A stretch of 64,000 nt of DNA from an uncultured Gemmatimonadales bacterium. Its GTDB lineage: Bacteria; Gemmatimonadota; Gemmatimonadetes; Longimicrobiales; RSA9. Location of the stretch: the NCBI GenBank assembly GCA_963798085.1, contig CAWCRS010000007.1, positions 1,632,001 to 1,696,000 of the forward strand. The letters run 5' to 3'. The position numbers were made by a program, and so were the translations under genes. Positions 16,707 to 26,516 of this stretch are shown here, piece by piece. Position 1 is the first letter of the stretch, and each line of letters begins with the position of its first letter. A model generated the notes under the pieces. It worked only from the letters and a program-made list of their open reading frames with translations, was not told where the DNA came from and did not search any database.

Positions 16707-18699
16707 TCAGGATTGCGCCGCCGTGCCCGGCTGCAATTCCAGACGGCGGGTACCGCCATTCACAATCGAGTTCATCACCATCTCGTAGTGCAGGCCGCGG
16801 ATCGCGGACTCCAGTGCCTTCATGAAAGAGTGCCGGGAAAGCGGTGGTACCGCATGCGCGCTCTCTCAGGTAGCGTGCGGCCTGCTCGCAGACCGTGCGC
16901 ATGTCGTCCGCGGAGAGGAGTCCGTCCGGCAGCCGCTCGCGCGCGCCCGTCACCCACGCTCGCACCTGCTCGAGACCTGCTTCCGGCATGAAGCGAATGC
17001 GATAGTCATGGGCCAGATCGATGCAGCTGTTCGAATCCACTCGCGCAGGTCAGGTATTTCCACATCAGCGTTGGATCCATCCTGCGGATCAGCTGCATAA
17101 GCGTGCGCGCCTGCTTGCGGCTCTCGCGGTAGAAGCGCTGATCCAGCCGCGAGGCACGCAGCGAGCAATGCGAAATAATTGCGATCCAGCCGGCGGATAC
17201 CCTGTCGCCAGAAGGAAATCAGCGCGGCCTTCAGATAGCCCAATCGGAATTCGCGCGTGAAGAACATGTGCGGCGTCACGACCTGCAGCGTGCTTAGCGC
17301 TCTGCGATAGGATTCAGCCGGGTTGAAGAGCTGATAGAGGATGGAATGGATCCCGTCGCGCAGCTGCTCGCGCGTCAGGCCAACGGGCTCGAACTGGACT
17401 TCATCATCCGTGTTGTTGCCCGTGTACTCCGCGGGCAGCAACCGCCCCTCCTGTCGCAGACGCTCGTGCAGCGGCGTGTGCGGTACCGGCGTCAGCATGC
17501 CGACCATCGCCGTGAAGATGCGGTTTCTGCGGATGAACTCGATGATGCGGTCGGCGGTGGAGGGTTCGTCGCCATCATTGCCCAGGATGAAGCCTGCGAG
17601 CACTTCGATGCCGGCTGCCTGGATGCGCGCAACGGTTGCCGGTATGTCCACCTTGATGTTCTGCTTCTTGTTCATCCTGCGGAGCGCGTCTTCGTCCGGG
17701 TTCTCGATGCCGAGGAAGACGGCATCGAAACCGGCCAGCTTCATCTTGCCGATCAGGTGCTCCAGCTTCGGGGTTCCCAGATCCACGCTCGCCTGTGTGT
17801 GGAACGAAAACGGATAATCGTGCTCCCGCTGGAACCTGATCATCTCGTCGAGAATGTCGGAGATCGCATCCGGCTTGCCGATGAAGTTGTCGTCGACGCT
17901 GAAGATCGCGCCGCGGAACCCGGTCGCCAGGATCGCCTCCAGCTCGCGCCGGACGGAGGTCGGCGTCTTCGGCCGGTTGAACCCGCCGTTGAACTGGATG
18001 ATGTCGCAGAAATCGCAGCGGAACGGGCAGCCCGCGGTCGTCTGGATCATCAGCGTCTGGTAATCCTTGACGCGTACCAGATCCCAGCGCGGCAGAGGCA
18101 CGTCCTGCAGCGGCGTGAACACGGACCGGTCATTGAGGTGCTTGCGCGAGCCGGGCTCGACTTCCGCCACGGATCGTGGAATCAGCATCTGCGGCGTGTC
18201 GCTGCAGTGTTTCGGATTCGGAGTCCAGATACGCGAGCAGCTGCTCCATCGAACCCTGCGCTTCGCCCCACACGAGTACATCGAGACCGTCGTGCAGAAT
18301 GCGGTCCGATTCCGATTGTGGCTTCAGAATCGAGTCGCGATAGGATGAGGCGAACGGTCCTCCCAGCACGAAGGGCGTGTCCAGCCCGCGCGCCGGTCCG
18401 CTGAGGAGCGTGACCAGCGATCGCTTCTGAATCGACATGGCGCTGAGAAACACGGCGTCGGCTTCCGCGATCTTCTTCCTGAGAAAGCGATCCGACGGCG
18501 ATGTCACATTGAGATCGACAACCTCGAGATCCCAGTGGTCCGGCATGTAGCCGGCAAAGGTGAGCAGGCCCAGCGGCGGGAACGCCGCCTTCCGCCCGAT
18601 CAGCCGGATGATGTAACGGTAGCTCCAGAAGGAATCGTCGGGAAACTCGGGCGCAATGAGAACACCCTTCCGGCGAGGGCCTGCGGGATTGATACCCAA
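16707..18699 (-). CDS. Cobalamin-binding radical SAM protein (DUF4070/HpnP-like), several frameshifts
   Basis: SFWSY..IGRKAAFPPLGLLT B12 domain; GCPFRCDFC; VDDNFIG; AGFILGND; C-terminal AIRGLHY; AGGAGG RBS before TTG 18699. Confidence 0.8.
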
Positions 18700-18842
18700 G
18701 TCTCACCTCCTTGTACTGCATCGAGGCACGCCACAACCGCGATCATGTAATGGTACCCCGGCCGGCCTGGAATGACCATTCCGCTGGGTGCGAGGCATGC
18801 CCCCACCGGCAGCAGCTTGCAAATGTGGCCGCGGGAGGGTGC

Positions 18843-21488
18843 TCAGCGCGCCAGCGCGGCGCGCACCGTGCGCAGACGCTGCCCGAGGAGATCGTCGCGC
18901 GAGGCAATGGCGGCTTCCGCGGCGCTGTCGATGGGTGCCAGCTCCGCGCGCGCCAGCGCCGTGCGGCCCTCGCGCTGCAGCTGCTCCGCCAGCGTGAGTC
19001 GCACGGCCAGCGTGTTGCGCTGTCGCGGGCCCACCGCTTTCTCGAAGATGCGCAGTGACGCGCGCAGTGACGACTCTGCCTGCGCATCCTGACCGAGTGT
19101 TTGGAAGGCCTGCGCCTGGCGCGCCAGCAGCGTGGCCACGTTCTCGTGCTGCTCACCGAAAACCCGCCGCGTGAGCGCGATGCCGACCTGGAAGTCCTGC
19201 AGTGCCGCCGCCGGTCGTTGCGTGGCCAGTTCCAGCTCCGCGAGCAGGCGATGCGTTGTGGCCAGGTCGCGCTCCGCGCCGTTCCTCGACTGGATGGCGA
19301 GCGCCTGGTGCAGCAGGGAATCGGCCTCGGGATACTGGCCAGTCAGCGTCAGCTCGTTGGCCAGCATGTCCATGCTGAACGCTACCGATGCGTGTGTCGG
19401 ACCGAACAGGCGACGACGCCGCTCCATGATCTCGCGCTGCTGCTGCGCCGCGCCCTCGTGATCGCCCCGTGCGCTCTGCATGGCGGCGAGATTGGACTGC
19501 ACGATGGTCGTGCGCTGATGGTCAGGGCCGAGCACCCGCCGGAACAGCGCCAGCGCCTGCTGCGCCATGACCACGGCGCTGTCCAGGTCACCCTTGCGAT
19601 AGAGTGCGGCTGCCAGATTGCTCGTGGTGATGGCCACGCCCACCTCGGCTTCGCCCGGCAGCGCACGGCGCATGGCGAGCGATTCGCGATACAGATCGGC
19701 CGCCTCCCGGAAATCGCCCCGCGCTTCACGGACGACGCCCAGATCGTTGAGGGCGCGCGCCAGGCGAGTGTCGCCCGGTGGCGCGAACACCTGGCGTCCT
19801 GTGGTGACCGCGCTGCGCAGCAGCGCTTCTGCTTCTTCCAGACTGCGTCGCTGATGCTGCAGCCAGCCCACCTGATCGAGCGATGCGACGACATCGGGGT
19901 GCGCCGCGCCGAACAACGACTGGCGCGCAGCGAGCGACTTGCGCGCCAGCGGCTCGGCCGCCTCGAACAACCCCAGCTTCTCGTAGCCCTCCGCCAGCGT
20001 GTACTGCATCTCCGCGCGCATCTCTGGATCGTTCGGATACGCATTGTCCAGCGTGGCCGCGCGCCTGTCCAGCAACTCCCTCGCCGTCACCGTGTCACCG
20101 GCAGGCTGATCCGCACCCGTCGCCCCGAACATCTCCAGCAGGAAGCTGCTCACCTCGAGCGCCTTGTCGCGTTCCCGCTCCACGCGCGCCGACGCCTCGC
20201 GAATTCGCAGTGACTGATAACGCGTGATTGCAGTGGCGGCGCCAAGCACCAGGAAGAGCACTGCGGCCGCGCCTACCCCCACGCGATTCCGGGCCACGAA
20301 CTTGCGCAGGCGATAGCCGGCCGACGCCGGGCGGGCGCGGATGGTCCGGCCGCTGCGCTGGCGCTCCAGATCCTCGTGCAGGCTGAGCGCCAATGCGTAC
20401 CTCGCTTCCGGTTCGCGCCGCAACGCCGTGAGCACGATGGTGTCGAGGTCGCCGCGCAGCTGCCGCACCAGCTGACGGACGCTGGCGCCGCGCACTGCGG
20501 CGGCGGCCCCGGTCACGCGCGCACTGGGGGCCGCCGGATCGCGCTCCAGGATGCTTCGCTCCAGTTCGGCGCGCGTGCCGCGGCTCGCCGCAAAGGGATG
20601 GCAGCCGGCCAGCAGCTCGTACAGCAGCACGCCCAGCGCGTAGACGTCGCACGCCGTGGTCACGGCTTCGCCCCGGATCTGCTCGGGCGCCGCGTAATCC
20701 GGTGTCAGGAGCCGCACGTCTTCGCGCGTTGCCGCTGCGCCGAACTCGCTGTGCTGCGGGTCGACGATCTTGGCTATGCCGAAATCGAGCAGCTTGGGCA
20801 CGCCATCGCGCGTGACCAGGATGTTGTGCGGCTTGAGATCGCGGTGCACGATAAGGCTGCGATGTGCGGTCTGCACCGCGGCGCAGATGCTGCCGAACAG
20901 CCGCAGCCGCGCGCGCACATCGAGGCGCTGCGCGTCGCAACAGGCGAGCAGGGCTTCGCCCTCGACGTACTCCATCACGAAGTAGGGCAGGCCGGACTCG
21001 GTGGCGCCCGCGTCCAGCAGGCGCGCAATGTTGGGATGGTTCAGCGTGGCCAGGATGCGGCGTTCCCTGCGGAACCTCGCCAGCAGATCGTCCGTGTCCA
21101 TGCCGCGGCGCAGCACCTTGAGCGCCACCTGCTGGCGCAGGTCCGCGGCTTCACGCTCCGCCAGATACACCTGGCCCATGCCGCCCCGGCCGAGGCTGCG
21201 CAGGATGCGATAGGGCCCGATCTGTTCCGGAATGGCGTCGGTATCCGGCGCCGCGTGCGACGCCCAGGGCGGCATATCCAGGAATCCCGGATCGGAGGCA
21301 TGCTCTTCCAGCAGACTCAGTACTTCGCCGCATAACACGCTGTCAGAACCACACGATCGTGCGACGAACGCTGCGCGCTCAGCGGGCGGCAGTTCGAGCG
21401 CGCTGCCGAACACGGACTCGACGCGCGCCCAGCGCTCCGGCGTCATCGGCTCGACGGATGCATCCTCGGCGCCGGATCCCGCAGTCAC
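18843..21488 (-). CDS. Membrane Ser/Thr protein kinase with C-terminal TPR array
   Basis: GRGGMGQVY, VALK, HRDLKPHN, DFG and APE motifs; TM helix; multiple TPR repeats. Confidence 0.93.
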   Translation of the reverse strand: MTAGSGAEDASVEPMTPERWARVESVFGSALELPPAERAAFVARSCGSDSVLCGEVLSLLEEHASDPGFLDMPPWASHAAPDTDAIPEQIGPYRILRSLGRGGMGQVYLAEREAADLRQQVALKVLRRGMDTDDLLARFRRERRILATLNHPNIARLLDAGATESGLPYFVMEYVEGEALLACCDAQRLDVRARLRLFGSICAAVQTAHRSLIVHRDLKPHNILVTRDGVPKLLDFGIAKIVDPQHSEFGAAATREDVRLLTPDYAAPEQIRGEAVTTACDVYALGVLLYELLAGCHPFAASRGTRAELERSILERDPAAPSARVTGAAAAVRGASVRQLVRQLRGDLDTIVLTALRREPEARYALALSLHEDLERQRSGRTIRARPASAGYRLRKFVARNRVGVGAAAVLFLVLGAATAITRYQSLRIREASARVERERDKALEVSSFLLEMFGATGADQPAGDTVTARELLDRRAATLDNAYPNDPEMRAEMQYTLAEGYEKLGLFEAAEPLARKSLAARQSLFGAAHPDVVASLDQVGWLQHQRRSLEEAEALLRSAVTTGRQVFAPPGDTRLARALNDLGVVREARGDFREAADLYRESLAMRRALPGEAEVGVAITTSNLAAALYRKGDLDSAVVMAQQALALFRRVLGPDHQRTTIVQSNLAAMQSARGDHEGAAQQQREIMERRRRLFGPTHASVAFSMDMLANELTLTGQYPEADSLLHQALAIQSRNGAERDLATTHRLLAELELATQRPAAALQDFQVGIALTRRVFGEQHENVATLLARQAQAFQTLGQDAQAESSLRASLRIFEKAVGPRQRNTLAVRLTLAEQLQREGRTALARAELAPIDSAAEAAIASRDDLLGQRLRTVRAALAR

Positions 21489-22120
21489 GGCGTCGCCCCC
21501 TCCGGACCGCCCAGGGCACTGCCTTCCCAGTGCGGCAGCGCGCCGCGCAGCTCACGCCGCAGCCAGCTCTTGGCCGTACTCCACGCGCGCCGCACCGTGA
21601 CCGCCAATGTGCCCATCACTTCAGCCACTTCCTCGTGCGTGAGACCCCCGAAAAAACGATAGACCACCACGTCTGCACCCCGGGGATTGAAAGCCTTGAG
21701 CCGATCGAGCGCCTCATCCAGTGCCAGCAGCTCGTCCACCTGATGCGCGTGAAAGACAATGCCGGCTTCCTCGAGCGCGATCACCGGCGCACCGCCGCCG
21801 CGCTTCCCGGCCTTCTTCATCTCCGCGTAGTTGATCAGGATGCGGCGCATGGCGCGGGACGCGATGGCGTAGAAATGCGCGCGGCTCTGCCACTGCACCC
21901 GCCGCTGCTCGACCAGCTTGAGATAGGCCTCGTGTACCAGGGCCGTGGTGTTGAGCGTGTGGTCGGCTCGCTCCCCGCGCAGGCGGTTGCGCGCAAGACG
22001 CCGCAGCTCTTCATAGACGAGCGGAAACAGCTGGTTCAGGGCCTCCACATTGCCGCCACTGGCTGCGGCGAGGAGTTCCGTGACCTGGTCCCGATCTCCG
22101 GGCTTTGCTGGCTCTGTCAT
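21485..22120 (-). CDS. ECF sigma factor, kinase-associated type (ECF43-like)
   Basis: LFPLVYEELRRLA, HTLNTTALVHEAYLKL, RRILINYA, RFFGGLTHEEVA; overlaps the kinase start. Confidence 0.92.
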   Translation of the reverse strand: MTEPAKPGDRDQVTELLAAASGGNVEALNQLFPLVYEELRRLARNRLRGERADHTLNTTALVHEAYLKLVEQRRVQWQSRAHFYAIASRAMRRILINYAEMKKAGKRGGGAPVIALEEAGIVFHAHQVDELLALDEALDRLKAFNPRGADVVVYRFFGGLTHEEVAEVMGTLAVTVRRAWSTAKSWLRRELRGALPHWEGSALGGPEGATP

Positions 22121-22275
22121 GCCGATGCTTGCCTCACCTCAAGATCGGGCCGGTGACGACGCGGCGCCAGCCGCCCGCCGGTCCGCCGCTGATCACCTCC
22201 GACGCCGTTTCCTGCGTCATACAGCGGATGGCCCCATGCGACCCGTGTCTGTGCACCTGCATCAGGAGAGCCCCC

Positions 22276-23022
22276 ATGTTGCGGCGCACTTCTCATTGTC
22301 TGTGGCTCGGCATGGCGCTGGCAGCGGGTGTGGCGCCGCTGAGCGCACAGCGGCCTGATCCGGCGCAACCCGTGCGCGTACCCGGAAGCGTGACCGCAGC
22401 CGGCAGCGCCGCCCCCCGCAGGGGCGCTTCCATCCATCCCGGCGAGCTGCGCCTGGGAGCCGGCCTCGACGTCAACTATTTCAGCCAGTTTCAGAGTACC
22501 GTCGGCGACCAGCCCGACATCAAGAGCTTTCGCGGCGATAATATATCGTTAGGGTTCACCGCGTTCGCCGAGTACCGGCCGTCGTCACTGCTGGGGCACC
22601 GGCCGCCGCTCTTCCTGGGCGCCGCCGTCCACTACGGCACGCAGGACTTTTCCCAGACCTTTCAGTCCGCGAACCCGCGCGTACCGTCCATGGTCACGGG
22701 CAGCGTCCGCGGGCTCTTCTACGATGCCTACGGCGGCTACACGCGGAGTGTCGGCAGGCTGGGCGTACAGGCCCGCCTCGGCGCCACCTACTCCTGCGAC
22801 CGCGCCCATGTCACCAGCCGCTATGGAAATATCGTCCAGATTGCCACACGTACGCACGGCGCCTGGATGACCGACTTCGGCGCATCCCTGGATTTTCCGC
22901 TGGTGCGCCGCTTCAGTGGGCGGGCCGGCCTGAACTACACCACCAGCTTCGCCAGTCCCGACGCCGACACGCACACGCATGTCAACCTGAGCGTGTTCCG
23001 CGCACTGCGCGCCAGCTTCTGA
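22276..23022 (+). CDS. Putative small outer-membrane beta-barrel protein
   Basis: AGGAG RBS, signal peptide, amphipathic strands with alternating aromatic residues, terminal Phe. Confidence 0.6.
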   Translation: MLRRTSHCLWLGMALAAGVAPLSAQRPDPAQPVRVPGSVTAAGSAAPRRGASIHPGELRLGAGLDVNYFSQFQSTVGDQPDIKSFRGDNISLGFTAFAEYRPSSLLGHRPPLFLGAAVHYGTQDFSQTFQSANPRVPSMVTGSVRGLFYDAYGGYTRSVGRLGVQARLGATYSCDRAHVTSRYGNIVQIATRTHGAWMTDFGASLDFPLVRRFSGRAGLNYTTSFASPDADTHTHVNLSVFRALRASF

Positions 23023-23028
23023 GGTCCC

Positions 23029-24477
23029 ATGAGCGAACGTCCGAGTCACGTCGAACGCACACCGCGCGGGGTCCCAGTCCTCGGTCACGCCCTGCTGGCA
23101 TGCGCGGTACTCCTCGGTGGACTGCACTGCTGCCGCCCCAAGGGCGCCAGCTTCTTCGGACCCGCCCTGGGCGATGAATCGCTCCTGCCCGACGTCGATG
23201 GGCCCGCCTTCAGCAACCTGCTCCCGCAACAGGGTCTGGGCGGACCGCTGCATCTCGACAGCTTCAGCTTCGACGTCAACGATGCGCCCGGCAGCAACGG
23301 TGCTCGCCCCAGTGGCGTGAACTTCGCGAGTGTGCGCGCACTGCGGAGCGGCTTGAATCTGCCGCTCACACGCAGCGGCTCCACGTGGACGGGCAGTCTG
23401 GCGGGCATCGCTGACGGTCCGCTCAGCCTGCAGCTTTCCGCGCAGGACAGCGCGGGCAATCAGTCATCGTACGACTGGAGTTTCCTGCTCAAGAACACCC
23501 CGCCCACAATCACCTGGTCGCTGCAGCCCCAGTTCACCTGGCAGTCCAACGCGCCTTCGGTCGATTTCTCGTTCGGCGGCTCCATCGAGGATGCCCACTT
23601 CAGACTGGCGACGGGCGCGATCTACAAGGCCGGCGCCGACAATACCTGCGGCACGGCGGATGATGCGCTCTGGCCGAAAGGGACGGCGGGCGGACAGGTC
23701 GACGAGAACATGTTCGATTACACGTCGAGCGTGATGCTCAATCACCTGTTCTTCGGCATGTACAGGGCGTACAACGGCGTCCCGGTTGGCGGCACGGCAA
23801 CGGTCGGGCATTACTGCATTCACGTGCAGGCGAGCGACAGCGCAAGGAACGGGACAGGCGGGCCCAATCCCAACCTCAGCACATCGATCATCGAGAGCAA
23901 CCTCACATGGCAGCCGCCGGCGCCTGCTGTCGGCTCCATTGTCGGTCACGTCAGGCTGGGCAGCGGCGGCGTCGCCGGGATGACCGTACAGGTCGGGGGC
24001 ATGACCACGACGACTGCCAGCGACGGGAGCTACAGCTTCCAGGCTCTGACACCGGGACCCTGGACCGTCAGCATCAGCGGCATTCCGGCCGGTATTACCT
24101 GCACGCCGACAGCGAAATCGACAACCGTTGTGGCAGGCCAGACGTCGACTGTCGATTTCTCCTGCTCCATGGCGAGCACGTTCTCGCTGCTGCTTTCGGG
24201 TGACTACCTCCACCACAGCGGCTTCAGCACGGTGTGTCTGCATGCCGCTACCAACCCGCCGCAGGCCAACGCGACATACACGGCAACCGTGACCGGTCCG
24301 GCGGGCGGTGTGTCCGGCAGCGGCCAGCACTCGGGGACCACGGATGCGTCGGGCAATGCCCTCGTCACCAACGATATCTTCCTGTTCGGCACCTACAACT
24401 GGCAGATGACGATCGGCAGCGTCAGCGCATCGACGTCCATCAATGTGGCTGCGTCGGCCGGCACCTGTGTGCCCTGA
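23029..24477 (+). CDS. Secreted or lipoprotein with Ig-like/carboxypeptidase-regulatory-like beta-sandwich domains
   Basis: Hydrophobic N-terminus ending LHCC; S/T/G-rich; TTTASDGSYSFQALTPGPWTV motif; paired cysteines. Confidence 0.65.
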   Translation: MSERPSHVERTPRGVPVLGHALLACAVLLGGLHCCRPKGASFFGPALGDESLLPDVDGPAFSNLLPQQGLGGPLHLDSFSFDVNDAPGSNGARPSGVNFASVRALRSGLNLPLTRSGSTWTGSLAGIADGPLSLQLSAQDSAGNQSSYDWSFLLKNTPPTITWSLQPQFTWQSNAPSVDFSFGGSIEDAHFRLATGAIYKAGADNTCGTADDALWPKGTAGGQVDENMFDYTSSVMLNHLFFGMYRAYNGVPVGGTATVGHYCIHVQASDSARNGTGGPNPNLSTSIIESNLTWQPPAPAVGSIVGHVRLGSGGVAGMTVQVGGMTTTTASDGSYSFQALTPGPWTVSISGIPAGITCTPTAKSTTVVAGQTSTVDFSCSMASTFSLLLSGDYLHHSGFSTVCLHAATNPPQANATYTATVTGPAGGVSGSGQHSGTTDASGNALVTNDIFLFGTYNWQMTIGSVSASTSINVAASAGTCVP

Positions 24478-24615
24478 ACCGCTCGCGTGCGGCGCTGCCG
24501 CCGTGTAGTTTTCCCTCGCGCTGCGCCCTGCGCGCGGCGCGGGGGGCGGGCCGACGGGGCCACACCCGCAGCCGGGCCGCCCGGATCTCACCGACCTGCG
24601 ATTCCGGAGACCGAC

Positions 24616-26328
24616 ATGGCAAGCTTTCACCAGCTGCAGGCGCGCAGTCTGGCGCGCCCGCGCACGCTCACGCGCTTCCTCGTGGCCGGCCTGGCTGCCG
24701 GTTTCATTGCCTCGCCGGTGGCCGCGCAGCGTGGCGGCTCCGGTTCGGCGCAGGGGCCGCAGGAAGAAATCGATTCCGCCGCCATCGCCCGCATCAAGAA
24801 CGAGGGCTTCGCGCACTCCCAGGTGATGGACATCATGAGCTGGCTAACCGACGTCTACGGACCTCGGCTGACCGGCTCGCCCATCACCAGGCGCGCCGGC
24901 GACTGGACCCTCCAGCAGTTCAACAAGTGGGGCCTCGCCAACGCGCACACGGAAGCATGGGGGCCGTTCGGGCGCGGCTGGGTCAACGACAAGACCTACG
25001 TACAGGTCACCGCGCCGGTCGCGTTCCCCGTGATCGCCTACCCGGGCGCATGGAGCGATGGCACCAATGGCCTGGTCAGCACTGACGTCGTGTTAGTCCC
25101 TACCACCGTGCGCACGGCCGCCGACTTCGCACCCTATCGCGGCAAGCTCAAGGGCAAGGTGGTCATCAGTGATCCCGAGCCGCAGCTGCAGCCGCTCTGG
25201 AACGCGCCCGGGCACCGCTACACGAAGGAAGAACTCGACGCACTCGCCAACCCCTATCCGTTCGGTGGCCGCGGCGGACGCGGCGGGCGAGGTGGCCGGG
25301 GCGGCCGCGGCGGCGAGGCAGAGTCGGGTGCCAGCCCGCTCGTGAACCTGCAGGCCTGCTTCGTCGATGAAGGCGTGGCCGCCGTGCTGCGGCCCGGCTC
25401 CGGCAACAGCAATGGTGGTGATGTCTTCGTGGCAGCCAACGGCAGTCGCGAAGCCAACGCGCCGCGCGGCGTGCCACAGCTCAGCCTGACGCCTGAGCAC
25501 TACGGCCGCATCTACCGCATCCTCGAGAAGGGCGTCCCCGTGAAGATCGACGTCGATGTGAAGAACACTTTCACTACGGGTGACCTCAATTCCTTCAATC
25601 TGGTGGCCGAGATCCCCGGCACGGACAGGCGTGACGAAGTGGTAATGGTGGGCGCCCACTTCGACTCGTGGCAATCCGGCACCGGCGCTACAGACAACGC
25701 CGCGGGCTCGGCCGTGATGATGGAGGCGCTCCGCATTCTCAAGACCATCGGCCTGCCCATGCGCCGGACTGTGCGCATTGGCCTGTGGACGGGCGAAGAG
25801 CAGGGACTGATCGGTTCGCGTGAATACGTCAAGGCACACTTCGCCGATCCGGCCACCATGAAGGTCACGCCCGAGCACGCGAAGTTCGATGCCTACTACA
25901 ACGTCGACAACGGTACCGGCGCCATTCGCGGCATCTACCTGCAGGGCAATGCCGCGGAAGGCCCGATCTTCGCCCAGTGGATGCGCGTGCTGAACAGCGA
26001 CAGCATCAGCGTCGGCCACGTCGCTCCCGGGAACACGGGTGGTACCGACCACCAGTCCTTCGATGCCGTGGGATTGCCCGGTTTCCAGTTCATACAGGAT
26101 CCCATTGAGTATGGCACGCGCACGCACCACTCCAGTCAGGACGTGTACGAGCGCATCCAGGACATGGACATGAAGCACAACGCGGTGGCCGTCGCCACCT
26201 TCGTGTATCTCACGGCCAACCGCGACGAAATGATGCCGCGCAAGCCGCTGCCCGAGCCGCAGCAGGGACGGGGCGGTGGCGGTGGCTTCGGACGGGGCGC
26301 CCAGCCCACAGGCTGCCCGTCCCGGTAA
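24616..26328 (+). CDS. M28 family metallopeptidase (carboxypeptidase Q-like)
   Basis: YGPRLTGS, GAHFDSW, GATDNAAG, GEEQGL, GGTDH and THHS zinc-site motifs; signal peptide. Confidence 0.92.
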   Translation: MASFHQLQARSLARPRTLTRFLVAGLAAGFIASPVAAQRGGSGSAQGPQEEIDSAAIARIKNEGFAHSQVMDIMSWLTDVYGPRLTGSPITRRAGDWTLQQFNKWGLANAHTEAWGPFGRGWVNDKTYVQVTAPVAFPVIAYPGAWSDGTNGLVSTDVVLVPTTVRTAADFAPYRGKLKGKVVISDPEPQLQPLWNAPGHRYTKEELDALANPYPFGGRGGRGGRGGRGGRGGEAESGASPLVNLQACFVDEGVAAVLRPGSGNSNGGDVFVAANGSREANAPRGVPQLSLTPEHYGRIYRILEKGVPVKIDVDVKNTFTTGDLNSFNLVAEIPGTDRRDEVVMVGAHFDSWQSGTGATDNAAGSAVMMEALRILKTIGLPMRRTVRIGLWTGEEQGLIGSREYVKAHFADPATMKVTPEHAKFDAYYNVDNGTGAIRGIYLQGNAAEGPIFAQWMRVLNSDSISVGHVAPGNTGGTDHQSFDAVGLPGFQFIQDPIEYGTRTHHSSQDVYERIQDMDMKHNAVAVATFVYLTANRDEMMPRKPLPEPQQGRGGGGGFGRGAQPTGCPSR

Positions 26329-26516
26329 GGATGCGTTAGCGGCAGAGCGTCGATCTGTACCGGCCGGTCGCCCCCGCATGCTTCCGTGCGCGGGGGCAGA
26401 CTCGCTGCTGCAGACCCGGCCGGCACTCGCGGCGGGTGCACCCGTGCGCGTTGCCGCGGGCGCGAATCCCGTGCCCGTCGCCTGATCGTTTCCCCGCGCA
26501 CGGTGTATTTCCAGAC

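Noticed and set aside
11394..18699. ArsM plus radical SAM as an arsinothricin or arsenosugar pathway
   Set aside because: The radical SAM gene is on the opposite strand, separated by a tRNA and other genes, and resembles DUF4070/HpnP-type enzymes; nothing links it to ArsL or ArsS
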